The position numbers were made by a program, and so were the translations under genes. The notes beneath the pieces are model-generated. The model searched no databases, had not been told where the DNA came from, and saw only the letters and a program-made list of their open reading frames with translations. A stretch of 64,000 bases of DNA from positions 1,947 through 65,946 of the IMG/VR virus record IMGVR_UViG_3300010391_000186; one strand, 5' to 3'. Origin of the DNA: a virus. Taxonomy: Duplodnaviria > Caudoviricetes. Position 1 is the stretch's first letter. Every line of letters starts with the position of its first letter. Below, one piece after another: positions 42,771 through 53,686 of this stretch.

Positions 42771-43156
42771 GATTCTATCACATAGCTCTTGGAGTATGGG
42801 TATTTATGCTTTGTTTAAGCATGGTTAATTCTCTTGGGATATTTGCATATAAGATGCCAACTGCTAATTTTGATACTTCAGCATCTGATGCACAAATAAC
42901 ACAATTAACAAACACAATGTCTCAATCACAGGACTCTGGTGGATTTTCAAGCATTGTTGCAGGAGCAGGACTTATAGCAAATTCTTTTTCCTATATGTTA
43001 AATGTGTTCTGGAAATCAATAAACATAATCGGACTTGGAAATGCATACGGTGTAGATATAAGAATTTCTGCACCGTTTCAAGCACTTTATGTCTTTACAT
43101 TAGTCTTCGGACTCTATCAATTCTTAACAGGAAGAGCCGCAAAAATAATGGAGTAA
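42767..43156 (+). CDS. Membrane protein, putative virion component
   Basis: N- and C-terminal TM segments; ends YQFLTGR. Confidence 0.6.
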   Translation: MRFYHIALGVWVFMLCLSMVNSLGIFAYKMPTANFDTSASDAQITQLTNTMSQSQDSGGFSSIVAGAGLIANSFSYMLNVFWKSINIIGLGNAYGVDIRISAPFQALYVFTLVFGLYQFLTGRAAKIME

Positions 43157-43160
43157 ACAC

Positions 43161-43940
43161 ATGGAAAAAATGTCGATGGGTCAAAGAATTACAGAAAATA
43201 AACTGCGTTCAAAATTAAAATATTACATTCCAGTGAGTTTTAGTATGAGTAAGAATATCCTTCTTGTATTAACTGTTATTATGTGCGCCATAATTCTTCT
43301 TACATTTATTGCATCAGCAGCACCACCAGTTATTTCAATAATAAATAATTCAAAAACAAATACTTCATCTTCATATGGAATATTTTTGAATAATTCAGAA
43401 TCAATTACATTTAGAGTAAATACTACAAACACTTCTAATACCTGGAACTGGTATAAAGACAGTGTTCTTGTAGTAAACAATTTCAATAATTACACAACAT
43501 CTTTCACCACTGGTTCTTATCATTATGTTAAAGTCAATACAACAAATTCAAGTGGAACTTCTAATAATTTAACTTGGGGAATCAATGTGTTCCCAGCGAT
43601 GGCAACATCTCCTGGAAACAAAATAAATCTATTAAATGAATCTCCTTCACAAGATCTTGCAACAGCAATAGAAAATAATGATATGCCCGGATTAGTGAAC
43701 TCACCAGTCAAAGTATATATAAATCTTATAGGGTTATCTTTCTATGCAGTAATATGGTTCATAGTGTTCGGAATGTTGTGGATAAAACAAGCATCAATAA
43801 ACATCCCTTCAATAGTTGGAGTCATCTTTGGCGGAATTCTAGTAACATTCCTACCCGCTCAATATCAGTTAGTATCACAAGCTCTAATCGTGTTTGGAAT
43901 ATTTGCTGTTATCTATGTATTCTACAAAGGAAGAGGATAA
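43161..43940 (+). CDS. Glycosylated Ig/PKD-like protein with 3 C-terminal TM helices (putative virion protein)
   Basis: Signal/TM segment, Asn/Thr-rich ectodomain (WNWYKD) and a three-TM tail like that of the adhesin. Confidence 0.65.
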   Translation: MEKMSMGQRITENKLRSKLKYYIPVSFSMSKNILLVLTVIMCAIILLTFIASAAPPVISIINNSKTNTSSSYGIFLNNSESITFRVNTTNTSNTWNWYKDSVLVVNNFNNYTTSFTTGSYHYVKVNTTNSSGTSNNLTWGINVFPAMATSPGNKINLLNESPSQDLATAIENNDMPGLVNSPVKVYINLIGLSFYAVIWFIVFGMLWIKQASINIPSIVGVIFGGILVTFLPAQYQLVSQALIVFGIFAVIYVFYKGRG

Positions 43941-44442
43941 ATATATGATTCAAACAAACAATATGAAGAAGTAAATATGAAAAAAAACTGCATTCACTGT
44001 AATCATCCAATGACACCAGCAAGTGAAGAATATTCTAAATACACAAAAGGATTTATTAAACTTGATGAATTAATCTGTAGAATTCACGGAACAAAACAAA
44101 TGCAGTTTGAACATTTATCAGAAAAAGAAAAAAGAAAATACAAATTGGAGATAATATGAATGAAATGGATTTAGAAAAAGCAAAAAAATCCTTAAAACAA
44201 CTTAAAAAGGATCAAGCAACAGTAAGAAAAAGTAGAGTAAAAGGATTTGATTCAAGCACTGTATCTGGAATGTTTGGAAATCTTAGAAGATCCGAAGAAA
44301 TTCGTTTCCATTTTGAACTAGAAAATGCAAAATCATTAGTAAAAGAAGAAGAAAAGAAACAGATAAAAGTTCCATATACTAATCAGGAATTGGTGTGGCT
44401 AGGATATAAAGATAAAAAAGATTATATAAAACAACATTTGAG

Positions 44443-44844
44443 GTGAAAAATATGAATGAAATACCACTTTCACTATTCAACATGCTTCTTGCATTGGATC
44501 TAATTATCATAGCATATTCTCTATACGGAATAGGTTTTGATAAACCAGTAAAAATAGATAAAATTCTGACATCAGTAATCGCATCTCCATTATCATTCAT
44601 TCTTGCAGGATATATTATCAATGGAGAAGTAGTTCAGACATATGTGGACACAACAGGATATCATTATATCCCGTTTCAGTCTTTACCAGTTCATTATTTT
44701 CTTCTAGGATTTGCTGTCCTTATGGGAGTAATAACAATTCTTCTTATAGTAAAATTCATAAGTGATCACTTTGAATCACTAGAGAAAAAATCAGCACTTG
44801 GAGACTGGCACCAAAGCAGCTTTTCAGAGAGGAAGATAAGATGA
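44443..44844 (+). CDS. Three-TM membrane protein
   Basis: Three hydrophobic helices. Confidence 0.6.
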   Translation: MKNMNEIPLSLFNMLLALDLIIIAYSLYGIGFDKPVKIDKILTSVIASPLSFILAGYIINGEVVQTYVDTTGYHYIPFQSLPVHYFLLGFAVLMGVITILLIVKFISDHFESLEKKSALGDWHQSSFSERKIR

Positions 44845-45062
44845 TAAGAAACAGTATAATCAAAAAGAAAAGAACAAAAAGATTCGGTACGCTTGATGAA
44901 GCAATGACAGCAGCAACAGGACTTGATAAGATTCAGCGTCAAACTTTTAGAGAGAACACTAATGAGATAATGAAAAATACTTCGTTATCTAGAGAAGAAA
45001 AAGTTAAGAAACTAATAGCGATCGGAGCATTACCAGTAGGTTCAAAATAGGAAGAGCAAAAT

Positions 45063-45347
45063 ATGTCAAAAGGAATAGGAATAATATTAACTGTTTCATT
45101 ACTAGCTGCTGCTCTAGTAATAGTCAATACATACATGACCACATCTCTATCTTCAACTTCTCAAGGAGTAAACTTATCAAGTTCTCCACAGGAAATTCAG
45201 GATGCATATAACGCAAGTCAAAACACAGCAATCGCATCAGTCGCAGTTTCACACTGGACAGTATATTTGATAGGAATATTTGCTGTAATAATAGTCCTTG
45301 TCGTCCTTATACTAATGGTTCAATTGAATAGAAGAAAAGCTAGATGA
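45063..45347 (+). CDS. Two-helix hydrophobic protein, putative minor capsid protein
   Basis: TM-loop(NLS, NAS sequons)-TM-basic tail, directly upstream of the MCP candidates. Confidence 0.6.
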   Translation: MSKGIGIILTVSLLAAALVIVNTYMTTSLSSTSQGVNLSSSPQEIQDAYNASQNTAIASVAVSHWTVYLIGIFAVIIVLVVLILMVQLNRRKAR

Positions 45348-45552
45348 TAATTCTTTTTTATTTAAAATCATCAACAGTAGCTCGTCTTTTAAACGATTTC
45401 AGCAAGGTTTCATTTTAGTTTTAGTATTAAGTATCGCTGCATTTTAGCTCAAAACTAAGTATATATACTGTTCTTCTTTATATACTCTAAAATCAATTAC
45501 TGGATAGTTGATTTATAAACTTGAACTCATAGTTCAGGAAGGTGATTTACAA

Positions 45553-45972
45553 ATGACAAAATCAATAACCAAGAAAGCAATCGCTTTTGGAAAGAAATTC
45601 TTGAAGAATGAAGATGCTCAGATGGGAGGTGTCGGTACTCTTTACGCAGTGTTCTTCGCTGCAATCGTAGTCCTAGCAATAATCATCATATTCACCTTCA
45701 TCCCAGGAATTGGCTCAACAGTTGAGCAGTCCACACCAGCAGCACCAGCATACGGAAAGCCCGGTGGAGCATGGAACGCATCTGACGCAGCTAATCCAAA
45801 TGCAGCAGCACTTCAGACATCAAGTGGCGCAGCAATCTGGACAAGCACTTCAGGAATGCTGAAAGTTGCGATGATCATAGGTATCGTCGTAATCATACTT
45901 GGCAGCTTGTTCGCAATCTTTGCAGCACGCAGAGCTGAAGCAGGCGGAGGGGGCGGCGGAGGTCCCATGTAA
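45553..45972 (+). CDS. Putative major capsid protein 1 (spindle-virus-type two-helix hairpin) with prepilin-like leader
   Basis: Own TATA promoter (about 45460-45485), GGAAGGTGA RBS, KNEDA|QMGG leader, two long hydrophobic helices, C-ending codon bias. Confidence 0.7.
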   Translation: MTKSITKKAIAFGKKFLKNEDAQMGGVGTLYAVFFAAIVVLAIIIIFTFIPGIGSTVEQSTPAAPAYGKPGGAWNASDAANPNAAALQTSSGAAIWTSTSGMLKVAMIIGIVVIILGSLFAIFAARRAEAGGGGGGGPM

Positions 45973-45995
45973 GTGTCTAAAGACACAGTTAGATC

Positions 45996-46022
45996 TGGGG
46001 GAGAAATCCCCCACAACTTTTT
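45996..46022 (+). terminator. GC-rich hairpin plus T-run between the capsid paralogues
   Basis: TGGGGGA-GAAA-TCCCCCA followed by caacttttt. A second hairpin GTGTCT-aa-AGACAC lies at 45973-45986. Confidence 0.6.
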
Positions 46023-46054
46023 CCAAAACAGTCATATTGGAGGTGAAAAATAAA

Positions 46055-46501
46055 ATGACAAAGTCAATAACCAAAAAGATTCAGAAATATACATCCAAAT
46101 TCATAAAGAATGATAAAGCCCAAATGGGCGGTGTAGGAACTCTCTATGCTGTGTTCTTCGCAGCTATTGTGGTACTTGCAATAATCATAATCTTTACATT
46201 CATACCCGGAATTGGAAGCACTGTTGAACAATCAACACCAGCATCTCCAGCTTATTGCACAAATACAACAAATGCGACAACGTGTGCGGCAAGCTTAGTC
46301 CGTGGTGGAGTGTGGAACGCAACAGACACAAACAACCCGAATCAGGCAGCACTTGCAACATCTAGCGGCGCAGCTATATGGACTTCAACAAGTGGAATGC
46401 TCAAAGTAGCTATGATAATTGGCATAGTAGTCATTATCCTCGGCAGCTTGTTCGCAATCTTCAGGACAAGACGTCAGGAAGGTGGCGGCGGAGGCATGTA
46501 A
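46055..46501 (+). CDS. Putative major capsid protein 2 (paralogue of MCP1)
   Basis: GGAGGTGA RBS, KNDKA|QMGG leader, helices identical to MCP1 with a different loop. Confidence 0.7.
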   Translation: MTKSITKKIQKYTSKFIKNDKAQMGGVGTLYAVFFAAIVVLAIIIIFTFIPGIGSTVEQSTPASPAYCTNTTNATTCAASLVRGGVWNATDTNNPNQAALATSSGAAIWTSTSGMLKVAMIIGIVVIILGSLFAIFRTRRQEGGGGGM

Positions 46502-46520
46502 AGTCTATGGAACAAACTTA

Positions 46521-46557
46521 TTCAGAGAGGATGCCAGAAATTCTCTCTGAAATTTTA
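46521..46557 (+). terminator. Hairpin after MCP2
   Basis: TTCAGAGAG...CTCTCTGAA followed by a T-rich stretch. Confidence 0.5.
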
Positions 46558-46623
46558 TAAAACTATTTTCAAACTCTTAAACAAAATCAAATTATATATA
46601 CTTATAACTCTATATTGAAATCC

Positions 46624-46971
46624 ATGGTTGTATTACTTCAGACCGGATTACCCAATATCGCAGTTTCCGCAATAGAGAACGGAACTATTCAAAAAATGTG
46701 GAATTCTTCTTATCATTTTCTACAACTTGCAGCACTTGAAAAACTACAACGTGAAGGTCTGATTAATTTTGACAACGTAATATTCATCCATTATTTCTGT
46801 CCTTCATGCAACAGACACATCTGCGTCCTTCCAGAAATTGCAGGACTCCACGAATGGTTATACTGTTCAAAATGTCATCCAAACGCAACTACAAAAGAAA
46901 ATTCTATGATTAGAAACGGAAGCGTTTTAGGAAAAGAGATACCTAAAGAAGCAGAAATAAGAAGGTGCTGA
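46624..46971 (+). CDS. Zn-finger protein
   Basis: FCPSC...YCSKC, preceded by an AACTCTTAAAC variant motif and TATA. Confidence 0.55.
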   Translation: MVVLLQTGLPNIAVSAIENGTIQKMWNSSYHFLQLAALEKLQREGLINFDNVIFIHYFCPSCNRHICVLPEIAGLHEWLYCSKCHPNATTKENSMIRNGSVLGKEIPKEAEIRRC

Positions 46972-47521
46972 TGAAGAAAATAGAATCTATTTCAAGAATA
47001 ATTATTTGGATATCATTTAATGTTTTCAATATATTTGTTTTGAATACAATTATGTTTACATTAATTAACTTTGCTCTATACACTACAAATGAAATTAATC
47101 CAAAAACAATATGGTATCCACTTTCAAGATTCCTTCAAATATATTTATTTATTTTGTCTTTTGCAGTGCTTTATTTTACATATGTTATCTACATAAAACC
47201 CTGTATGAAAAAGGTATCAAAAACATGAATTTCAAACAAACAAAATTGATTATGGAAGAACGTGTTGTGAGATTTTTCTTATACTTAATATCAAGCGCAC
47301 CAGAATGGAAAATAGAGAAATTTCTTAACGAAGTATATAATTCAGGATAAAAAATATGGAAATAATTAATCCACACATACTTTTAGAATTTAGAAGAATA
47401 AAAGTAGAACTTATTGCAAAAGGACATATAAAATCGAAATTGCCATTATCAGATGATGAACAAATGTTTGCTCATTTAATATCAATTTATGAAGCAACAA
47501 AAAATTTTATAGGAGAATAAA

Positions 47522-48046
47522 ATGCACATACCAATTATCAGCAATCTATTAAGTCCTAAAAATCAGGGAATGGAACAGTTGATGCCTTCACACAACATTA
47601 ATTTCTCAGGATCTCCTGGAGCAGATTATCCAGAATCATATTACAGAAATCAAACAGAAATTCGAAAAGTAAGTTCTCAAAAAGAAATGAATGACTGGGT
47701 AGAAGATGCACTGTTATCTAGAAGATGCAAGGATGCTTTCAAATCACTTATAGCAAACTTGTATGATGATAACATTATCTTATCTTATCATGCGCTTGAA
47801 ATACAAGCAGAGATCTCTTTTTTAAAAGCAAAAGTTTATCTGAAAGCTTTCGTTACAGCAAACTCTTATAGATCTGACGTATATAATCCAGTCTGGGGTC
47901 TCATAACAAATGAAATATTCTATCAGCTTGAACTTCGATTTACTAGAACGATTGCCGGTGATAGAGAAAGAATAGTTCAAGGAAAGATTCAGCAGGACTA
48001 CAACATAACTCAAAATATGTCAAGAGAAATTACTCCAATACGGTGA
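47522..48046 (+). CDS. Hypothetical protein
   Basis: 174-aa ORF with AGGAG RBS. Confidence 0.6.
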   Translation: MHIPIISNLLSPKNQGMEQLMPSHNINFSGSPGADYPESYYRNQTEIRKVSSQKEMNDWVEDALLSRRCKDAFKSLIANLYDDNIILSYHALEIQAEISFLKAKVYLKAFVTANSYRSDVYNPVWGLITNEIFYQLELRFTRTIAGDRERIVQGKIQQDYNITQNMSREITPIR

Positions 48047-48879
48047 TATTATGAATAAAATATTAGAAACCATTAAGAAAACTGTAAACAAAATCATAAA
48101 ACATGTTGCATATGAACAAAGAAGCGTTTCATACATAAGATTTATTGTTCTAGGCCTGTATCTTGCGGTATCTTTTCTAATAACTATACTATTTGCTTTT
48201 GGGAGTATGCTTAGAGAAGGGGTCTTAATAGTAAATCCATTTAGAACGCATCTTTCTAGCAAAGCAGTTTCTGATATTTATGGATTCTTAATAATAGATA
48301 AGATATTATTTATGCTTCTTATAGCATCATTCTTCCTTGTATTATCTAAAGAATATCAGGAATATCATGCACGAAAAATAATCAAGAAATATAAACTGGA
48401 TGTAATAGAATGAAAGCAGCAAAAGTTTCTTCAATTGACAATCCATCGATAAAAGATCTTCTAAATATGGAACACTGGGCACTTATGAATAATCTTCATG
48501 TTCATCCAGCTTTTATGAAAGCGTGTAAGAAGAAAAACAGCGTATTAATCATATCTTATTCTGTTGTAATGCTTGTGATCATAATTATAGCATTAGTGGT
48601 GAAATAAAATATGGAAATAATAAAACTATCAAAAATTATGGCGTTAAGACTATCTTCTATAAACGCAGGAATAGCAATTCTAACATTTTTTGCACTTGAA
48701 CTTTTTAATCATATACAGATACCAGTTTTTCAGTGGAATCTAGTATTTGGTTTTGATATGTCTGAAGGAGAAATACTTATCAATACAATTAGAATATTCG
48801 GTATCACTTCTGGACTATCTATGATTTTCATAGGATTGAGTTCAAGGTGTTGGATAACAGTAATGAAGGAGGATTAAAA

Positions 48880-49872
48880 ATGGCAGAAGTAGGACTTTTA
48901 GATATAGGATTGTCAATAACAATAATGGACTTAATAATTATAGTTATTCTTGCAATGTTAGTATCGCAGCTTCCACATCTTTATTTTTGGTTAGAAAGAA
49001 GAAGAATGAATCCAGAGGGACCAATCTTTATTTCTGCAAGAAAAAATGGATATCCAATTATTGAAAGAGTTGCAATGAGTGGATTCACGCGCTTTGAAAT
49101 AGGAGAAAAAGAAGTTAGAGGTGATCCAGTATTCAAAATGGATAGAAACACACGTCAAGGAGTCCATCTTGATCCTAGATTATCTTCCGGTGGAGTACCT
49201 AGAGAATTCCTTGCTGGTGGAGCTGAAATAATGCACTATTCAACATCTTCGCCAACTTCAATGTCTTCAAAAACTGCTCTAGCAATGAGTACAATAATCA
49301 AACACGTTCGAAAGAATTATCCATATCTAGATTTCCTTCCAGAACAACTTATTATTGAACTTATATATAGAAATCGTAAGGACTTGATACACGACTGTAA
49401 AAACATTATTGAGATGTATGACTTTGAAGGAAAGATAAACGTACCATTAACGATTCTTGCAGCATTCAAAGAAGACATTATAGAACAACTAAGAACAAGA
49501 TATATGGAAGAAGGAAAAACAGACGAACCTTCAAAAGATGATATTGATGCAGCGTATGAACAAAACGTAAAGTCGTATCAGAGAATGTATCAAGCGAAAA
49601 CACTTGCTGAAACACTACAAAAAATCCAAGATGAATCAGTTCAACTTCCAGTGGAAACAAATAGATTCTTCTCGTTCGTAGAAGCGTTCCAGAATTCACC
49701 AATAGCAACATTTGCAGCAGATCTTCAAAACTATCTTACAACCATAGAACTTATCGCAGAAAAGAAGAAATCACTTACAGAAAAGGATAAAATGATGATG
49801 TATGCAATGGCAGCACTTATAATCATAATAGGTGGAGCTGTTGCTATGAACATGCTACCAGCAAGGAAATAA
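48880..49872 (+). CDS. Membrane protein with N- and C-terminal TM and a large soluble domain
   Basis: GGAGG RBS; flanked by several small TM ORFs (48051-48877, 50558-51164). Confidence 0.65.
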   Translation: MAEVGLLDIGLSITIMDLIIIVILAMLVSQLPHLYFWLERRRMNPEGPIFISARKNGYPIIERVAMSGFTRFEIGEKEVRGDPVFKMDRNTRQGVHLDPRLSSGGVPREFLAGGAEIMHYSTSSPTSMSSKTALAMSTIIKHVRKNYPYLDFLPEQLIIELIYRNRKDLIHDCKNIIEMYDFEGKINVPLTILAAFKEDIIEQLRTRYMEEGKTDEPSKDDIDAAYEQNVKSYQRMYQAKTLAETLQKIQDESVQLPVETNRFFSFVEAFQNSPIATFAADLQNYLTTIELIAEKKKSLTEKDKMMMYAMAALIIIIGGAVAMNMLPARK

Positions 49873-50008
49873 AGGAGAAAACTATGAAAGAAGAAATAAA
49901 AATAACTGGAGATAATATCCAGATTGAAAGAACAGAACTTAAAGCAGAAGACACGGAAAAAGCAAAGAAGAAAGGAAGTGTGTTTGGAGATCCAGTGATC
50001 ATAATAGA

Positions 50009-50554
50009 ATGAAATATACCGGAAGTAAATCTTCAGACGCAGAAATAACTATGAACTTAATTAAGGGAACAATAGATTTTGATTATTCCCTTAATAAGTT
50101 CGGAAGAGCAGGAAATTCAAATTCTTCATGCATACTGCAAAAAGAACTTCGTGAAATATCTATATTAGAATCTATACTTGCTATTCCTTATGCTTATGCT
50201 GCAATTTTCGCAGCAATGGCATCTCTACCAGCACTTCAAAAAATAATTCCACAATACACTGCTCAAAAAATAGCGGTGTGGGGATATAAGCGTCTTCATG
50301 GATTACAGGAACAACAAGTCATTGGAAAACAAGAAACAAAAATCGTTTCATTTTTCATCCCTATAAATCTATGGTTTGACTATGAACTTGATGGAGATTA
50401 CAGCAACAAAATTCATAAAATAGAACTACGAAGACGATTTATTAGAAGAATATACTGGTATGGTTCTTGCTTACGACAACAAGGATGGAACGTTATATTT
50501 ACTTTTCTTGAACCGCCACAACACGGATATATAGTATTAAGATCGGTGCTATAA
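50009..50554 (+). CDS. Hypothetical membrane-associated protein
   Basis: 181-aa ORF with a central hydrophobic segment. Confidence 0.55.
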   Translation: MKYTGSKSSDAEITMNLIKGTIDFDYSLNKFGRAGNSNSSCILQKELREISILESILAIPYAYAAIFAAMASLPALQKIIPQYTAQKIAVWGYKRLHGLQEQQVIGKQETKIVSFFIPINLWFDYELDGDYSNKIHKIELRRRFIRRIYWYGSCLRQQGWNVIFTFLEPPQHGYIVLRSVL

Positions 50555-51166
50555 ATTATGACAAAAATAAAGGCAGTTAAAAATAAATTTGAAACACTGC
50601 TTGAAAAAGTATGGAACATCTACTATTTTTCTTTTTCGTTGGTATTTGACAGAACAATTTTAAAGATAATGTGGATAATTCTAGCAATAACAACATATTT
50701 CCGATTTGGATTAACAAAAGCTATTTTATTTACCGTTTTTTTTGCAGCACTAATGATATATATTGTAGCATTAATCCTAATAGGATTTAGATACGTGTTT
50801 CCAAGGAATCGTGATTGATATGAGTAAAGATTCATTTATAAAAGCATTGCTGATAACAGCAATAATAGCCGCAATTACAACCTTTATATTCAGCCCAAAA
50901 ACACTTGATTCAAATATAGTATTTCTTGGATTTTCCTTAACTTCTGCATTTTGGATTATATCATTATTAAAAAGTGATTTGAAACCATACACATGGTATT
51001 TATCTGCTATGGGATTAATGCTTTTTTCTAGTTATAATTCGATACACTATTCTCTAACCATGTCGTGGATTGCAGCTATTTTTTTCATAATATACACGTT
51101 TGCATTCCTATTAACATTTGAATATCAAAAACTATTTAAAATCAATATTAAGATGTGTGATTAAAT

Positions 51167-51514
51167 ATGCCAGATCCAGTAAGAAAAGAAATAGAAAGCA
51201 AACCACTTGTAGCTGAGAAAGATGAAACTGCCAGAAACTTAAATATCTGGTTAGCAGAATTTGAATCACTGCAAATAAGAAACTTTTATTCAGAAGATGC
51301 ATTTCACGCATTCTTCACAAATTTCAGAAGGTTGTGGACTATAACGCAGCACGAAAAAGATCTTCAAGATAAATTGTATGGAAAAGTCAAACTTCTTGAT
51401 CTTATAAATCATTATTTCACTTCAGATGTTAGAAATAATTATACTCTAGGAACGAAACTTGCAAGAGCATATTTGAAAGCACTTTTTGGATCTGGAATCC
51501 TCTCATTGAAATAA
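51167..51514 (+). CDS. Hypothetical protein
   Basis: 115-aa ORF. Confidence 0.55.
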   Translation: MPDPVRKEIESKPLVAEKDETARNLNIWLAEFESLQIRNFYSEDAFHAFFTNFRRLWTITQHEKDLQDKLYGKVKLLDLINHYFTSDVRNNYTLGTKLARAYLKALFGSGILSLK

Positions 51515-51591
51515 TATTGAACAGAAATTGAACAAATACTGAATCAACTTTATATATTTAAAAACTAATAGTGTTGTGGAGGCATATAAAA

Positions 51592-51771
51592 ATGGCTAAA
51601 CCAATAACAAAAGTTTTCCACGGTGGAAGATTCAAACAGATAGCAGCAGGTAAGTCAAAGTCTGTGGCTGAACAGGAAAAAGAAAGAATTCAGAACTCTG
51701 GTCATTCTGCAAGAGTAACCGCATCTATCGGTAGAGATAGAAGTAAAACCTATCAAGTGTGGAAGAAATGA
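51592..51771 (+). CDS. Small basic protein
   Basis: TATA at about 51549 and GGAGG RBS; K/R-rich. Confidence 0.55.
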   Translation: MAKPITKVFHGGRFKQIAAGKSKSVAEQEKERIQNSGHSARVTASIGRDRSKTYQVWKK

Positions 51772-52136
51772 GCTTCCTCACTAGGTTTGGGGGTAAAAAA
51801 GATCCTGATGTTGTTGCTGTGGAAAAAAGAGCGCATGATGAAGAAGCAGCTCGAGTTAAGCTTGATAAAAAGAACGCCGCAATGAGAGCCGCGGCAGCAA
51901 GAGGAAAAGCAAAAGCAAGAGGGGGTTCCAGCGTAGAAGCAAAAGCAGCGAAAGTCGGAAAAGGTATCATAAGTATCGGTGGAAGCATAATGAAACTTGG
52001 AAATTATGGTGCCGGACTTAACTGGGGAAATGAAATTCCAACGCAGCAGCCAGCAGCACAGAAAGGAAAAAAAGGAAAGAAACAAAAGCAGCAACCACAG
52101 CGAGATCCATTCGAAATGCCAGACTTTCCGTTCTAA
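51768..52136 (+). CDS. Ala/Lys-rich basic protein
   Basis: ATGA overlap; basic low-complexity sequence. Confidence 0.55.
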   Translation: MSFLTRFGGKKDPDVVAVEKRAHDEEAARVKLDKKNAAMRAAAARGKAKARGGSSVEAKAAKVGKGIISIGGSIMKLGNYGAGLNWGNEIPTQQPAAQKGKKGKKQKQQPQRDPFEMPDFPF

Positions 52137-52463
52137 GAATTATGGCAACTAAGAAACAAGCAATAAATAAAGCTTTTCGTGAACTTGGGGCTATAGATAA
52201 TAAACATGAATCCGGTAGCTTTACAAAGAAGCAGCACGATCAAAAATCAAAGAAAGTCTTAGAAAGGTTAATGAAGGTGAGAATCTGAAGCAGATGATTT
52301 TCATAAAACCTAAAGTAAGTTATTCTCCTTGGTTCAACGATTGTTATCTGCTTTTTGACTTTTTCATTCAGGATATAGTTTTCTCGTATATTCCAATTAT
52401 AAAATTATTCAGATATCAACAGCAGCAAAAGCAAATTCGTTTCAGTATAGGCGAAACAAATAT

Positions 52464-52790
52464 ATGAAACATCCTGTCAAAATTGTTCGAAGAATAACTT
52501 CTAAAGAAGAAACAGCGCATAAAAAGAAAGCTTATCCTCATGCCCATAGACTCGCAAATATAGCAGAAATAGAACACTTTGGCAGAGAACAGTTTGAATA
52601 TATCAATAATAAAATTCAACTGTTACATAAAGGTCACTGGGCTGCAACACATACTCCAAGACATCACATTCATATCTCACAAGAACTAATTAACTTAATA
52701 CCAGAAGACAAACGAAAAACAGTCTTTTCAGAACTAAAAATTCATGAGATAACAGAAGATATTGAGATGAGTAAACGGAGAAGGAAATGA
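52464..52790 (+). CDS. His-rich hypothetical protein
   Basis: 108 aa with an HEITE motif. Confidence 0.5.
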   Translation: MKHPVKIVRRITSKEETAHKKKAYPHAHRLANIAEIEHFGREQFEYINNKIQLLHKGHWAATHTPRHHIHISQELINLIPEDKRKTVFSELKIHEITEDIEMSKRRRK

Positions 52791-53686
52791 AAATAAAAAT
52801 CAAGATTTATATATTTTTAGTTGTATTGCTGTTAATACCATCATCTTCCGCATTTTTTGGAAGTGATGATATGTCCACAGTTGTTTCGAATGCTGTTTCA
52901 TTCTGGATAAAAGTATCCGGACAACCACAGCTTAACGAAAGTGTAACCTTGGTTCCAGGGCAGAACATAGAACTTACTCAAGATACCATAAACAAAACAA
53001 TAACTATAACAGGTGCAGCAACATGGACATTATCAGGACTTACAACAGATGATTTTTACGTTAATAATATTATTGGGCGCAAAAATACAAGCAGAGATAA
53101 TGTAATCGAATTTACAAATTATTCCCTATGGATATATAATTTTGATAATATTTCAGGTGATTTATCATACATTATATTGGAAAATGTTGGTGGGGGAACA
53201 CAAGCTATAAAAATGAAAGTTTGTAATTATTATGTTAGTGGTGAAGATTCTTGTTTAACAAAAGGAGATGGTTCACAACCGCCTGAAATTGAAATAAGAA
53301 AAAACCAAGTAAAAATACTGGGTAAAGATATTGAAAAGGAGCTTGTAAAAACCTCTATAAAATCTTTTCAAGCAGATCATCTAAACTCTTCTCAGATTCA
53401 TTCGGATCTGATCCTCGTTCCCCAGGACATCAGCTTAACAAACATCACGGTAATCATCGAAAATTCAGTGAATACCACGAACTTTACACTGAACTTTTCG
53501 CTTGAAAGATTCACAAATTATCCCACAACAAAAGAAACAATCCTCGAAAGATCTTTCAACAGCAGTACAAATTATATCAACGATCTTGATTATTCTTTCA
53601 ACAATAACGATATCCTGCTACTGAATTATACAACTTACATTAATGTTTCAAAATCATCGTCCCTGTTCAAGTTTAAGGTTCGGTAG
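52787..53686 (+). CDS. Secreted glycoprotein (possible fibre/adhesin)
   Basis: Signal peptide, VTLVPGQNIELTQ fibre-like motif and many sequons. Confidence 0.6.
   Translation: MKIKIKIYIFLVVLLLIPSSSAFFGSDDMSTVVSNAVSFWIKVSGQPQLNESVTLVPGQNIELTQDTINKTITITGAATWTLSGLTTDDFYVNNIIGRKNTSRDNVIEFTNYSLWIYNFDNISGDLSYIILENVGGGTQAIKMKVCNYYVSGEDSCLTKGDGSQPPEIEIRKNQVKILGKDIEKELVKTSIKSFQADHLNSSQIHSDLILVPQDISLTNITVIIENSVNTTNFTLNFSLERFTNYPTTKETILERSFNSSTNYINDLDYSFNNNDILLLNYTTYINVSKSSSLFKFKVR

Noticed and set aside
32130-46501. Conjugation or type IV pilus system
   Set aside because: No VirB4, relaxase, PilB/TadC or prepilin peptidase was recognised, and the ATPase is small. The context fits virion morphogenesis better, though this is not proven.
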